From Octopus sinensis (Eukaryota): a stretch of 64,000 nucleotides of DNA. The position numbers and the translations under genes were made by a program. Under the pieces are notes generated by a model. It saw only the letters and a list, made by a program, of their open reading frames with translations, ran no database searches and had not been told where the DNA came from. The number at the start of each line of letters is the position of its first letter. The first letter of the stretch is position 1. Shown here in pieces: positions 1-14,039 of the stretch. Where the stretch lies: positions 8,494,001 through 8,558,000 of the forward strand of contig NC_043002.1 in NCBI RefSeq assembly GCF_006345805.1. Direction: 5' to 3'.

Positions 1-190
1 AGAAAGAGAGAGAGGAGAGAGAGAAAAAAGAGGAAGAGAGAGAGAGAGCGAGTAAAGAGAGAGAAAGAGAGAGAGAAGAGAGAGAAAGAGAGAGAAGAAG
101 AGAGAGAGAGAAAGAGAGAGTGAGAGAGAAAAGAGAGAGAGAGATAGATAGAGAGAGAAGAAGAGAGAGTGAGAGAGAGAGAGAGAGAGT
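1..190. repeat. (GA)n-rich low-complexity tract
   Basis: Seen directly. Confidence 0.95.
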
Positions 191-679
191 CTCTGTGTAT
201 GTACATGTAAGATAAATATTAAATGGAGGAGGCCAACGGACTGTAGCTATGTTGGGGAACCATTTTAAAAAGTTTCAGTCAATTATGCCAATCTTATACT
301 TTTAATCAGGTACGTACTAAGCCTTAGTAAAGAACTTAGTAGAAGGCAGGCAAGATAAATTTAGCATGATAAGCATTTTGGTAAGTTAAGAAGGACCTCT
401 TCCTCAAGATGAAGATAAAAGTTGTAATTTGAAGGAAAATATAAGTTACAGCAAAGACATTATGTAACACACACATCAAAGTATTTTAAAGAAAAATGTC
501 CTACATCATAATTGAACAATCCACATCATCATTTATTACAAGATGCTGTGGATATGATGCTGAGAATTAGTCTTCTTCTTATCATTCAGCAAACATTGCC
601 TGTTAGCAGAAATAGTATCTGCATCTAACAGCAAGGAAGAGAAAACAATTGGTGATGCTAGTCTTCATTATCATCATCA

Positions 680-1300
680 TCATCATCATTGTTTAACGTC
701 TGCTTTCCATGCTGGCATGGGTTGGACGGTTTGACTGAGGGCTGGCGAACCAGATGGCTGCACCAGGCTCCAATCTTGATCTGGCAGAGTTTCTACAGCT
801 GGATGCCCTTCCTAATGCCAACCATTCCGAGAGTGTAGTGGGTGCTTTTACGTGCCACCAGCACGGGGCCAGTCAGGCGGTACTGGCAACGACCTCACTC
901 GAATCTTTTTACACATGCCACCAGCACAGGTGCCAGTAAGGCGATGCTGGTAACGATCACGCTCGAATGGTGCCTCCTACATGCCACTGGCACGGAAGCC
1001 AGTTAGCCGCTCTGGCAACGATCACGTTCAGATGGTGCTCTTAGCACCCTACTAGCACAGGGCACAAGTGCCAGTAAGGCGAAGCTGGTAATGATCACAC
1101 TCGAATGGTGCCTTTTATGTTCCACTGGCACAGAAGCCGGTTAGCCGCTCTGTCAACGATCATGCTCGTATGGTGCTCGTGCCCGTTATCGAATTTCACT
1201 TTGATTTTGATTTTGATCTCACTTGCCTCAACAGGTCTTCGCAAGCAGAGTTTAGTGTCCAAAGAAAGAAAAGGTACGCACAAGTGGGCTGGTTACACCT
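680..1300 (-). mobile_element. Family D: RTE-tailed non-autonomous retroposon with internal hairpin arrays (about two dozen copies in window)
   Basis: 3' end GTCCAACCCATGCYAGCATGGAAAGCGGACGTTAAAC(GAT)n; conserved GTTGGCGTTAGGAAGGGCATCCAGC; repeated GTGCCRGTGGCACGTAAAAAGCAC units. Other minus copies ~7830-8065, 8950-9380, 10980-11240, 16478-16565, 19700-20010, 23213-23735, 30845-31125, 39818-40100, 45716-46040, 49665-49912, 57470-57855. Confidence 0.8.
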
Positions 1301-1659
1301 CTAGCACAGGCCACGAAGTTATGGTTTTGTGGGTTCTAAAGTATGCAATGATACACTGATGTGCTATGATATATAGCTCAATGTGTTGCAAAAACATGTT
1401 TTTATTTTAATTATGCATAGACCAGTTAAAGGTTGGATGAAAGAAAGAAATCTTATGAGGTCTAAGGTAAAAAGAGCAGCTGAAATCTGTTCTGAATGGT
1501 GATGAATCATCAAATCCTTATTTCCAAATAGGAAGAAGAGGTTTGAATAAATAATAAGCTAGTCTAAAAGCTGCTGAAAGATAATGTTACCATTTCCTAT
1601 AGTAGTAAGCTTCTTAATCTGTGGTAGATATTCACATTTATGTGGACTGGTCATATGTG

Positions 1660-2020
1660 AATTAATGGCACGTTAAGCACACCATTCAAGCGTGATTGTT
1701 ACCGTGTCACCTTACTAGCACTTGTGCTGGTGGCACATGAAATATTCGAGCGAGGTCGTCGCCAGTGCTGCTGGACTGGCTCCTGTGCAGGTGGCACATA
1801 AAAAGCACCATTTGGGCGTGACTGTTGCCAGTACCGCCTGACTGGCCATCATGCCGGTGGCACGTAAAAGCACCCACTACACTCTCAGAGTGGTTGGTGT
1901 TAGGAAGGGCATCCAGCTGTAGAAATTCTGCCAGATCAGATTGGAGTCTGGTTCGCCAGACCTAAGCCAAACTGTCCAACCCATGCTAGCATGGAAAGTG
2001 GATGTTAAATGATGATGGTT
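1660..2020 (+). mobile_element. Family D copy; other plus copies ~5405-5660, 15027-15350, 32875-33078, 35765-35846, 37285-37645, 46790-47190, 54298-54420, 61760-61955
   Basis: Same hairpin units and (GAT)n tail in plus orientation. Confidence 0.8.
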
Positions 2021-2445
2021 ATGATGCTAGTGACAAAATTTGAACTAATACCCACTATCTCACTTTGTTCTTTGGTTATCTATTGTCTTGGCAATCCGTA
2101 CTCCAAAAGATGAGACAATATCCATAAATGCATGCACATGTTGAAAACAAATGCATGGATAATTATCCATAATATATAATTGCAGATGGGGCAGAGGATT
2201 TTAAGTGAGAGATCCACTATCAGCCATTTAACTTGTGAAAACCAAAAATATATATGTTAGATAATAATAACATTTGCATAGGGATGATAAATGTGTGTGT
2301 GTGTGCGTGCGTGCGTGCGCAGATCTAAACCCCTTGAATCCATACATGATACAGGGTGGGGGTGTTAAAATATACATGTTCTAGTATAAAAGTTAAGGCA
2401 ATAAATGGAAATATAAAAAACTCAAGCAACAAATATTCCTCTTAC

Positions 2446-2550
2446 CTTAAGGGGTCCTTGGGCATCATAAAGTGGTGAACCAAAAATTAATGTTTGATCT
2501 AACTGGTTGGCTAGGATATAAATTGATCTGAACCCCTGTTCATTGTTTGA
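2446..2550 (-). CDS. Internal coding exon (phase 0 to 0) of the same gene; gene continues beyond the left edge
   Basis: Acceptor ttctttttctttttttttgctctttcag|, donor AAG|gtaaga; 105 nt, open: SNNEQGFRSIYILANQLDQTLIFGSPLYDAQGPLK. In phase with the preceding exon and contains the expected next hydrophobic strand (IYIL). Confidence 0.85.
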
Positions 2551-2953
2551 CTGAAAGAGCAAAAAAAAGAAAAAGAACATGAAATATCAATAGAGCAAAA
2601 TGTTGTTCAGTTATAAATTCAACCAAAGTGGAACTGTTAAAAACCACTGGAGGACCAGATTGAATGTGTCACAGTATTTAGTCTTATTGGTCTACATTCA
2701 AAGTTGTAGTCCTACCATGACATTAAAAGAAGTACTTTTTTTTTGGCATCTAAAAATGATGACAGTTAATATTGACACAAGGTTGGAAATTTGTATTGGA
2801 GGTGATCGTTACCAGCGTCGCCTTACTGTCACTTGAGCCCCGTGCAAGTAGGGTATTAAGAGCACCATCTGAGTGTGATAGTTGCCAGATCGGCTATCTG
2901 GCCTCTACATATGAAAAATTTTTCAACATCATCCACATGAATTGTTTATTTTC

Positions 2954-3133
2954 TTACTCTCTTTACTCTTGTTTCAGTCATTTGACTGTGGCCATGCTGG
3001 AGCACTGCCTTTAATCGAGCAACTTGACCCCGGGACTTATTCTATCAGTCTATTTTGCTGAACAGCTAAGTAACGGGGACATAAACACACCAGCATCGGT
3101 TGTCAAGCAATGCTAGGGGGACAAACACACACA

Positions 3134-3165
<32 letters not shown>

Positions 3166-3268
3166 CGACGGGCTTCTTTCAGTTTCCGTCTACCAAATCC
3201 ACTCACAAGGCTTTGGTTAGCCCGAGGCTATAGTAGGAGACACTTGCCCATGGTGCCACACAGTGGGA
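2954..3268 (-). mobile_element. SINE family A, 5'-truncated
   Basis: Same body and tail as 6768-7171. Confidence 0.8.
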
Positions 3269-3613
3269 CCTTGGGCAAGTGTCTTCTTGTGAAAAAAAAT
3301 TTTTTTTCACAGTTGCCCACATGAATTGTTTATATCCTTGTTGCCACTGTTATAACATGGATCCTCATCTACTTGTATGTTGTCGTTGGCACTGTAATAT
3401 TCTTGTTGCCACTTTTATGTTGTGGCAGTATTCCGCATGTCTTTATCATTGACTTGTCTATTGTGCTATCGTTGATAGCTCTGCAAGACAACGACTTTGA
3501 AACGTCTACCTTGACGGTAACTTGAACTCGTATATATCACATAACTGACACTGACTCCAACTGAGAACTCCTACAATGACTCTACTACTACTACTGTCTT
3601 TATAGTGGCCCTC

Positions 3614-3849
3614 ATACCTACTTCTTTACTACCCACAAGGGGCTAAACACAGAGAGGACAAACAAGGACAGGCAAACGGATTAAGTCGATTATATCAACT
3701 CCAGTGTGTAACTGGTACTTAATTTGTCGACCCCAAAAGGATGAAAGGCAAAGTCGACCTCGGCGGAATTTGAACTCAGAATATAACGGCAGACGAAATA
3801 CTGCTAAGCATTTCGCCCGGCGTGCTAACGTTTCTGCCAGTTCGCCGCC
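3614..3849 (-). mobile_element. SINE family B monomer (tRNA head, GCCTTTCATCCTTTCGGGGTCGATAAA core resembling Deu/Nin-type domain) with 19-bp TSD
   Basis: Head GGCGGCGAACTGGCAGAAACGTTAG...GAGTTCAAATTCC; direct repeat ttatagtggccctcatacc at 3600-3618 and 3850-3868. Further copies at ~6215-6450(-), 21205-21410(+), 38119-38350(+), 47920-48150(-), 53022-53260(-). Short-tail variants at ~18420-18590, 22570-22775, 24715-24860, 42690-42855, 49440-49580, 50670-50850, 53290-53580. Confidence 0.85.
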
Positions 3850-4533
3850 TTATAGTGGCCCTCATACCACTTTGTCACGTGGGAAGGAGTGTACCATTTT
3901 CACTACAACACAGATAAAGAACTTTTGAATTTAATGTAATCTATGACTGCATCTCCAACCCAAAAGATTTTGTTGGGATAAGAACTGAAGGGGAGCTCCT
4001 TTCACTCCTAAATTTAAAACACAACCTGAAAAAGGATTATGTAACCAATCAATAACTTTCTTATTGGTTTATTTCATTGATTCCTTAGAAAGGAGTGAGA
4101 GGTGATTGGATTGAAGTCTCACTCAAATAGGTTGTCATGGGAATTATTGATCTTTTTTTTTTCCCTTTGGTGAAGCACTGTGTTTATTCTATTTTATGGA
4201 GTATTTCAGTGTCTTCATTCATAAGTGCTTCTAATTCTGTTCTCCACCTCTTTTGATTCAAGTGAAATTGCTTGAAGGCTAAACAAGATTACTCACAAAG
4301 AAGTTGGTGAAAAAATCATTCTTCAAAACAGTCTTTCATCAAACAGTTCAGGTGTAAAAAATTTTAAAGGACAATATAAATTAATTTAGTGCCGCTATAT
4401 TTTGAATTTTCTTCTTTCTCTTCACAATCTGTCGTGCAACTGGATATTTGTATAAATTAGAACATTGTCAATTCAACGTTATTTGATTTTAGTTTGGTAA
4501 TTCATATGACTGTCACAAGAGAACAATGGTTAA

Positions 4534-4755
4534 CCCTTTCGATACCAACCCGGCTGAAACCGCCTCTGGTTCTGTAGTACAAACGTCTTGTTTTCATAAG
4601 TTTTGAATTAAAATCTTCCACTAATCCTTAATCATAATTTTTGTTCCTAACACTAGCTTAATGATAACGAAGTTATTTTACTAAATTCTTTGTTATATTT
4701 AAAATTAATTGAAAGAAACACAGAGCATCTCAAAATAAATACAGTAACGAAAGGG
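4534..4755. mobile_element. piggyBac-type MITE, TTAA TSD
   Basis: TTAA-CCCTTTCG...CGAAAGGG-TTAA. Confidence 0.85.
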
Positions 4756-5100
4756 TTAAATAAATTGCATTTTTATGCACCTCAATTCAGACAGTAGTTG
4801 ATTTTGGCTTTGTTTATTTGATCATGGTTAATGGATAATAAAACAAATGGTTTAAACCAGGTAGACTACAGGTAAAGCACAGTCACTTTCACAGTGATCG
4901 TTAGGGATATGGCAAATGAAAGATGGAAAGTTACATTGCGGAACAGTCATTTTAACAAGTTTTCAGTTGTTGAGTGTCCCACCCTAGAAGAATTGATGTT
5001 AGATGTGTTGAAACAATTGTCGTGATTAATAATAAATTCTCGTATATGCCATCTTCTATTTGCCATATATCATCATCATCGTTTAACGATATATATATAT

Positions 5101-5153
<53 letters not shown>

Positions 5154-6767
5154 TTGAGGGAATATTAATCCTAACTTACAGGGAAAAATTCAATTTAGAA
5201 ATACTAAATCAAATTTCACAAAATATAATATATACATTTTTATTATTATTTTGCAATTTACTTAATCATCGGTATATTATTGTTTTTTTTAATTTTTAAT
5301 ATTTCTATTATATGTAATTTTCTAGATGGTGTAATTTAATTGTTCATTTTGAATTGATAAAAGGTGTTTTTTTTCTAATTTTTATACATATATATATATA
5401 TATGGCCTCCGTGCCGGTGGCACGTAAAAAGCACCATCCGACCGTGGCCGTTTGCCAGCCTCGTCTGGCACTTGTGCCGGTGGCACGTAAAAAGCACCCA
5501 CTACACTCACGGAGTGGTTGGCGTTAGGAAGGGCATCCAGCCGTAGAAACATTGCCAGATCAGACTGGGCCTGGTGCAGCCTTCTGGCTTCCCAGACCCC
5601 AGTTGCACCGTCCAACCCATGCCAGCATGGAAAGCGGACGCTAAACGATGATGATGATGATATATATATATACAGAGAGAGAGAGAGAGAAATAGGGGAA
5701 TATAACGGGGTTCAGAAGCTTTAAGATATTTCATTAGTGTAGAGTAGATGAATGTAATTGAAATGGTTTTAATGGTAGTCACCTCTTTCTTGTCATAGAT
5801 GTCAATGTCATTGCTATCACCATCATGATTGTGATCGTTGCCATCATCATGATCATCACCATTTTAATACATAATTTCGTCCATATTAACATAGGTTGAA
5901 TAAGTTTCGAATACGACACATTTCCCGTTCAATTATACTAATCACATTATCAACATCCTGTACCTTCGAGTCCATAACAAACCAAGATCTTCCTTGGTTT
6001 AGCTTTAATACAAGTCATTGTTAATGCAAACCAACTTCATGATAGATTTCTGTTTTCTCTCTATCAGCCATTGGCATTCATGATGGCCAAGCAGTTTCCA
6101 TACTTTGCATACATTTCAATCTTTCTCACAGAGATTCTTCAACTCATTCCACTCCACTAATTGCAGATCCTCTATTATGCATCCCTCATGCTTCACTCCT
6201 ATACATACAATACCTATTTCTTTATTACCCACAAGGGGCTAAACACAGAGGGGACGAACAAGGACAGACAAACGGATTAAGTCGATTATATCGACCCCCA
6301 GTGCGTAACTGGTACTTATTTAAACGACCCCTGAAAGAATGAAAGGCAAAGTCGACCTCAGCGGAATTTGAACTCAGAGCGTAATGGCAGATGAAATACG
6401 GCTACGCATTTCGCCCAGCGTGCTAACGGTTCTGCCAACTCACTGCTTTACAGTACCACACCAACTATGTAGGATGAGTGAAAGCTTTTTCGCAGTCCTT
6501 GGATAGACGCGATAGAAACAGCAGCCAAGTCTCCCTCAAATCATACTCAATTGACTTGAAATATAAAGAACACACTGGATAATGTAGTCCTAGTTACTCT
6601 ATGTCTGAGAGAAAAAAACAAGAAACAAATATAAGAAGAAAAACCCCAGCCGGTTATGGCAACTGGATCTTGTTAAATTTCTTCCAACCACTTGAAACTG
6701 AATATTTCAAATTTTCACCAGATTATTTTCCAAAAAAATGTAGTTCTGATGTAGTTTTGCACACTGA

Positions 6768-7171
6768 TACTCTTTACTCTCTTTTACTTGTTTCAGTCAT
6801 TTTGACTGCGGCCATGCTGGAGCACCACCTTTAATTGAGCAAATCGACCCCGGGACTTATTCTTTGTAAGCCCAGTACTTATTCTATAGGTCTCTTTTTG
6901 CCGAACCGCTAAGTGACGGGGACGTAAACTCACCAGCATCGGTTGTCAAGCAATGCTAGGGGGACAAACACACACACAAACACATATATATATATATACA
7001 TATATACGACACAGGCTTCTTTCAGTTTCCGTCTACCAAATCCACTCACAAGGCATTGGTTGGCCTGGGGCTATAGCAGAAGACACTTGCCCAAGATGCC
7101 ACGCAGTGGGACTGAACCCGGAACCATGTGGTTGGTTAGCAAGCTACTTACCACACAGCCACTCCTGCGCC
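6768..7171 (-). mobile_element. SINE family A (tRNA head, CORE-like CCTTGGGCAAGT, (TA/CA)n spacer, LINE-derived tail; Octopus OR-type), full length
   Basis: Head GGCGCAGGAGTGGCTGTGTGGTAAG...GGTTCAGTCCC with A/B-box-like motifs; tail CCAGCATGGCCGCAGTCAAATGACTGAAACAAGTAAAAGAGTA. Confidence 0.85.
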
Positions 7172-9635
7172 TGATGATGAAAATTGCATGTTTTTTTCTA
7201 GAAATGCGTAATAAAGATACATGCATGCATTTAAAGTTATGTAATTTGAACCAATCAAAAGCATCCATTGCCAGCATATCAGAGGCTGGAACTGTCTGTT
7301 GTCATGACAATCAGCGAAGACAAAGATAAGACATTGAAGACAACTTTTACGTGGTCTTTTGACCTGCTAGAAATAGCAGCCTAATGTTCCTTAAACTACA
7401 CCATAACGTCTAAAAAGATTGATACATTATATAATATAGTTTGTGGTTTTGCATTTTTGGTCATAATCAAAGCATCAGTGCATAATAATATGGTCTTAAA
7501 TTCACAGAAACACTGAATATGTTTATTATATATAATCTTAAAGCTGAGCATGTGTTTGTTGTTAATACATAGAATGTCTTTCATTTAATTAAGCTGACTA
7601 AACAACTTTGACTATATGAACCAATAGGAAAGCTTTTGGGATGTTCATTGACCTGCTAGAAACAACAGCGAAGTCACTGTCAAATTACTCCCCACTGACT
7701 TAATAAAAGAACACATTGTATACTCCTAGATACAGTGATGGAAAAAAAAAGTAAGATGGTTATGCCTATAATTCCTTTGATTTCAGGTATGTGTTTGCTT
7801 GATTAAATAAAGCTGACCTGGAGCAAGACAGGTCAGATACTGGCAATGATCTCGCTTGAATCTTTTTACACATGCCAACGGCACAGGTGCCAGTGAAGTG
7901 ACATTGGTAACGATCACGCTCAAATGGTGCTCTTTTACGTGCCACCGGTACGGAGCCAGTTGGCTGCTCTGGCAAAGATCACGCTCGGAAGGTCCTCTTC
8001 ACACCCTACTAGCATGGGCACAAGTACCAGTAAGGCGACGCTGGTAACGATCATGCTCGAATGGTGTGATTAATAGCTTACATTGTCTTATGAAAGGAAG
8101 AACACACTGGATAATGTACACCAAGATACAGAAAAAAAGATGGGATGGTCATGGGTGGAATATAGTTGTAATTAGTTTTTGCAGAAGCAGAACATCACTA
8201 ATTTCATCAAAACCTACTGTTTTTTAAAGTGGAAGGTAACGGTTCATAAGTAGTCATGGAAACTGAATTACTGAATTGTTCAAAAGAGTAATTTTAATGG
8301 ATTTCATATTAAAGCAAGTCCTACTCACACAAACTGCCCCACCCTCCACACACATACGTGCCGGCTTTCCACTAGTGATGGTGGAAAGTGTGATGCTTTA
8401 GTAGCCACCAAGCAAAAAAAGCAGAATCCAAACCATCCTACGAGGAACTAACAGTTCCCTCCAAAATCCACTGCTACTCTCTCTCTCTCTCTGCTTTCAA
8501 CAGACAAGTATTAGAAAAGTGTTATTTGGTACCCTCCAACTTTTCATTGCAATTAACACTGTCAAGACAACAGATGCTTTTAATAATATTTCAAATGTCC
8601 CGTGCTGTGGGAAGCTACCGGCTGTCAATGGAATTTGAAGAAGCTTAGCTATTATAACCAAGATTATCATCTCCATTTGTAGATAGTGATGAAGGTTATG
8701 ATGACATCATCAATATTGCTTAACATTGATCTTAAAGAGTGTGATACTGAAAATGTCAGTCAAGATAATGTTACAGCTGGAATTTCCAAAGAAAATCACG
8801 GTGATTCTTAAAAGAGCAGAGTAATAAATTATTCAAAGACACGGGAGAATGGTTGTAATAAGGTGTGCACTAATAGGCATAATAACATCATGCTTCATGT
8901 TTCATATATTAAAATCATATTATTTATATTTCAATTTTAAAAAATGTTATCATCATCATCTTCATCGTTTAACATCCGATTTCCCTGCTAGTATGGGTTG
9001 GACGATTTTGACTGAGGGCTGGCAAACCAGAGGGCCGCACCAGGCTCCAATCTTGATTTAGCAGAGTTTCTACAGCTGGATGCCCTTCCTAACGCCAAAC
9101 ACTCCGAGAGTGTAGTGGGTGCTTTTTATGTGCCACCAGCATGGGGGCCAGTCAGGCAGCACTGGCAATGACCTCGCTCGAATCTTTTTACACATGCCAC
9201 CAACTAGCACAAGCACAAGTGCCAGTAAGGCGACACTGGTAACGATCACACACAAATGGTGCCCTTTTATGTGTCACTGCATGGAAGCCGGTTAGCCGCT
9301 CTGTCAACGATCACCTTTGTGTGGTGCTCTTTGCATCCCGCTAGCACGGATGCCAGTTGTTAAATTTGATTTTAATTTTCCAGAAGCCATAATCAAGTAT
9401 CTTATTCACAGATATATATAAATTTCCCAAAGCACCTGAAAACTACTGGAGAACATTCCAATTGAAATAGAGTTTAAACACAAAAACATTGAATCAAAAA
9501 TGTAAAAAATTTTTAATTATTAACTTAGGAACTCATCTCAGAAATTTGGGGCTTAATTCTATACTAAATAGAGTGGCTTCTTAATGAAGATTTCAGTCAA
9601 CAGGATATGCTAATGCTATTGCAACCTACAATCGT

Positions 9636-10050
9636 TATACCTATTTCTTTACTGCCCACAAGGAGCGAAACACAGGGGATAAACAAGGACAGAGAAATGG
9701 ATTAAGTCGATTACATCGACCCCAGTGCATAACTGGTACTTATCTAATCGACCCCGAAAGGACGAAAGGCAAAGTCGACCTCGGCGGAATTTGAACTCAG
9801 AACGTAGTGGCAGACGAAATACCTATTTCTTTACTACCCACAAGGGGCTAAACAGAGAGAGGACAAACAAGGACAGACAAACGGATTAAGTCGATTACAT
9901 GAACCCCAGTGCGTAACTGGTACTTATTTAATCGACCTCGAAAGGATGAAAGGCAAAGTCGACTTCGGTGGAATTTGAACTCAGAACGTAGCAGCAGACA
10001 AAATACCGCTAAGCATTTCGCCCGGCGTGCTAACGATTCTGCCAGCTCAT
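9636..10050 (-). mobile_element. SINE family B dimer
   Basis: AAATAC junctions at 9817 and 10001 (184-bp period); head present only once. Confidence 0.85.
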
Positions 10051-10592
10051 TATACCAGCAACAATATAGCATCATCAAGACTCACAATTAAACCTCTCTC
10101 TTCTTCATCAATATAGTTTTATCACCTCTCACTATTACACATCTATTCTAGCCTCGTCACATATGCTGCGGCGTGCTGATTTTTCCTAAATCATCAGTAA
10201 AAACCATCTATTGGACTTTCATCCAGTCTCCGTTGACTCAATTTCAGTGTCAAGGTTTTGGTCAACCTGTGGTTATATAATAGACACTTAGATGCCATGC
10301 TGTGGAATTGAACTCACAACATAATGTTTATGAAGCAAACATCTTAATCCTTCAGCCATTGATAAATTCATAGGTTTTTTTGCAATGGAATATCAGTAAT
10401 TTTGACAAGGTATGAAGCCAGTTTTTGTAAAAGATGAATATAATTATAGGCGCAGGCACCTCCGTGGTCAAGAAGCTTGCTTTGCAGCTACGTAGTTTTA
10501 GGTTAAGTTTCACTGTGTAACACTCAACTATAGATGTGAGCTAAGCAATGCGAGAGAATTTGCAAGACAAAACCTGTGTGAGAGGCTGCTGC

Positions 10593-10595
<3 letters not shown>

Positions 10596-10679
<84 letters not shown>
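10596..10679. repeat. (TG)n microsatellite
   Basis: Seen directly. Confidence 0.95.
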
Positions 10680-10680
<1 letters not shown>

Positions 10681-11565
10681 TTTGTGACCTGAATCATGGT
10701 AGAAATTACGGTAAGGTTCACAGCCCCAAAGAAACAGGTGGTGGCATATATTATCAAAAGATAATCCACAGAAGTCAGGAGACAAAATTTATAACAGTGT
10801 GAAGTGGGGAAAAAATTCACTGTTTCAAACATTTGTCCTTCTTCAGGCAGAAGAAAAAGGTTAAATACCATAGTTGCAAAAACAACAAAGAAAAAAAGAA
10901 AGAGAGAGAGGGGGGGGGGGTAGGAAAGAAATAGGAAATCAATATCTTTAACTAGAATATGAGAAATAGTTATAAATAGTCATCATCATCATCGTTTAAC
11001 GTCCGCTTTCCATGCTAGCATGGGTTGGATGAATGACTGAGGCCTGGCGAACCAGATGGCTGCACCAGGCTCCAATCTTGATCTGGCAGTGTTTCTACAG
11101 CTGGATGCCCTTCCTAATGCCAACCACTCCGAGAGTGTAGTGGGTGCTTTTTACGTGCCACCGGCACGGGGGCCAGTCAAGCAGTACTGGCAGTGACCTC
11201 ACTCGAATCCTTTTAAACATGCCACTAGCACAGGTGCCAGTGCTATTTGCAAAACGGTATTGGAAAAGACATTAGTAATATGCCTCATTATACACTCCTG
11301 TATTAGCTCTAAACTTTGTATGAGAAAAATAAAAATATTTACAAGTGGAAATGATTTAATCTCATAAGTTTCAGCATGTGGAAATATTTAAATCAAACAG
11401 CAGAAACCTTACAACATTAATTAATCAGTTAAAAATTAATTATAATAACATAATAATATTAGATTTTACATAGCCAAGTGCTTACATATGTATGTGTTTT
11501 AATGTAATATATTTTTAGAATATATGTTGCATAATCATAAATATTAGTGTCTAAAAAATGGATTA

Positions 11566-12439
11566 TATGATGGGGTACCCAAAAGAAGCTGGAATTTTGC
11601 AATATTTTATTTACTTTGTTTTAGATGTTTACACTGTTATCACCTTCAAAGAATTCTCCATTTGAAGCAATGACTCAGTGCAGACATGTTTACTATAGTT
11701 TGAAGCAATGCAGGAACTCTTGCAGTGATGCCTTTCAACGCCTCCGTAATTTTTTCCTTCACCTCTTTCGCATCTGCAAATTCATTCTGTAGCACCAGCT
11801 TTCGTTACCAGTGATGACCTCCGAAAAAAGATCCGGATCTATTTCCAACTGTTTTTTCAGTTCACGACCATTCCGTGAGCAAGCGAGGCACAAATTTTGT
11901 TGCAATTCTTTTTGTTTGCAGTTCCTCATTCAGAATTTGTTGGCAGGAACTCCAGGACACACCAACCATAACAAGTTTATCAATTGGTCAGTGACAGTCC
12001 TCCAAGATCAGTTCATGAATTTTCATGCTTTCATTCATTCGGGAGGTCAACGGCCATCCTGAATGAGGTCAGTCTTCAAACAACAAGTGACCATTCCTAA
12101 AGTGTGAAAAACCACTTGTAAACTTGTGTTTTGTTCATGGTAGCATCTTCGTTTGAAGCATGACAACTGTTTCAGCTACCATTTTCCCAAGGAGAAAACA
12201 AAATTTCATGGAAGCATGCAGTTCCTTCCTTTCAGCCATTCCAAAAATTAAAGAACAGGGGAGAAGCACTGCAAAACAAAGACACACCATGTGGCAGTAC
12301 GACTTCCCCCACCACCTCTGCCAGTCTGCAGACTGATGCCTGAGGGTCACATGAAGTGGCTTCCACTGGTGGAAGCCTGAACTACAATGGGTTTGTCCTG
12401 CAGAGAATGTTTCTGCTTACTTTTGGATACCTCCTCATA
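11566..12439 (-). mobile_element. Internally deleted mariner element
   Basis: Degenerate TIRs (tatgatggggtacccaaaag / cttttggatacctcctcata); N-terminus MAERKELHASMKFCFLLGKMVAETVVML and VYKWFSHF.NG. Confidence 0.75.
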
Positions 12440-12734
12440 CAACAATAAAAGCACTGATACATACAGATATACATATATATGTAGACACATACACACATAT
12501 GCATAACTAACATATTTTATATTCATTTAATCAATGTTAGCTTAAGTTGAAAAGTTTTGAACATTCTTACTTGGGTTATCGCAAATATTTGAATGTTAGA
12601 TATTTTCATGGTGAGCTTTTCAACAATGCAACATATGGTAAGTTAAGTAATATATTTAGCCTTAGAGCACAGCATGCTTGGATGTTTCAGTTAGGTACAA
12701 GGTCAATAAATATACTGTAATTAATTAAGCCAAT

Positions 12735-12900
12735 GAGAGTCTGTGAGTAGTTGCTCAATCTGCTAGAAAGAGTAGACAAATATCCCTCAAATCTCAATCT
12801 ACTATGATAAAAAAAAATAGCAAAAAGACGATTAATGCAGTCCTAGATGACCATGTCTGAAAAATAAATAAATAAAAGAAAGACAAGCTGTTCACTCAAA
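12735..12900 (+). repeat. Old dispersed repeat (core gacctgctagaaatagcagccaaatctccctcaaatcac); degenerate copies near 6500, 7360, 7640, 16090, 27020, 33230, 33430, 41340, 45085, 47460, 48300, 54720, 57390
   Basis: Recurrent degenerate ~40-bp core on both strands. Confidence 0.55.
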
Positions 12901-13118
12901 GCTAAATGATATATTCTAGATCAAGGGTAGAACCTTTTACTCTCAGTGAATTTCTTTTGCACTCAAATTTGAAATTCCCCTGCTGATGAAATTTGTGACC
13001 CTTTGGCATTTAAACCAGCCATACCTGCCCAAATACTCTGCCAGTTTTATGTTGGGACTGACCAAATTCAACCTCTTGCACTTACCCTATAATGTCATTC
13101 TAAAAATAATCACATCGT

Positions 13119-13540
13119 CTGGCAGCTGACTTGGCAGACACCCATAAAATTATTAACCATCTTACAAACAATAACTCTGAGCACCTTTTCAACCTCAACC
13201 TGTCTAACACCTGTGGACATGTTTACAAAGTCAGAAAACAGCACAGCTCCCATGACTTTCGGAAACATTTTTTCACGCTAAGAGTTGCTGAAGCATGGAA
13301 CAAACTGCCAGCATCAGTTGTTAGTTGTCGGAGCACTGCATCCTTCAAAACTTCCATGCTTCCTGAGATTCGCCAACACTACACCTGATTTTCTCCCCTC
13401 CACACACACACAGGCATGTATCTGACTCATATACGGTTCACTTTCCAGACATTTGTACATTATTGCATATGCTTTATATGCACTTTTGACAAGTTGTGGT
13501 GCACCTGAGCACTGTATACAATAATCTCATTATTATTATT
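13119..13540 (+). mobile_element. CR1-like LINE 3' end; second copy 21782-22127
   Basis: ORF2 C-terminus ...CGHVYKVRKQHSSHDFRKHFFTLRVAEAWNKLPASVVSCRSTASFK..., then 3' UTR and (ATT)n tail. Confidence 0.85.
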
Positions 13541-14039
13541 TTAAAAGCCACAAGTTAATGCATGGCTAATTCAAAACAATGCAAATAATTAATCATTACA
13601 TTGGACAGAATACTCCGAATGCTAAAGAGTTACAAATGCACATGAAAAATCATTGAAGCTGTTTGAGATTGAAACAGTATTTGCATTTAAGTTGCATGCA
13701 TAACTATGAATTTGTAAAATTAAATTTCACCGGAGACATACTCTTAAATGCTTTTATGCACTTGCAAATTGCCCTTGTACTAAAAAAGTTCCACATCTGT
13801 CTAAGACATTCAAAGAAGCAAAGAGATTTAGTGAGATTCTAAGTAAGAAATTGTAAAGCATAAAGTTTCATTTTTTATTGTCTGAGGCTTGGCTACTTCA
13901 ATCACTTCAGTGAAATAGTTCTGGCAGAATATGAGCGAATTAACATTCACTAATGCAAAACATATGGCTTTTCCTCATTGAACACATAATTAAGAAAATA
14001 ATAATAATAAAAACAAAGATAATAGTATTTAGTTGTGTG

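Noticed and set aside
3480-3515. CTGCAAGACAAC...TTGAAACGTC as a possible hammerhead
   Set aside because: Core altered and no stem I pairing; at best a heavily decayed relic.
4895-5025. Protein-looking frame VIVRDMANERWKVTLRNSHFNKFSVVECPTLEELML
   Set aside because: Under 50 codons, unrecognised, and not linkable with confidence.
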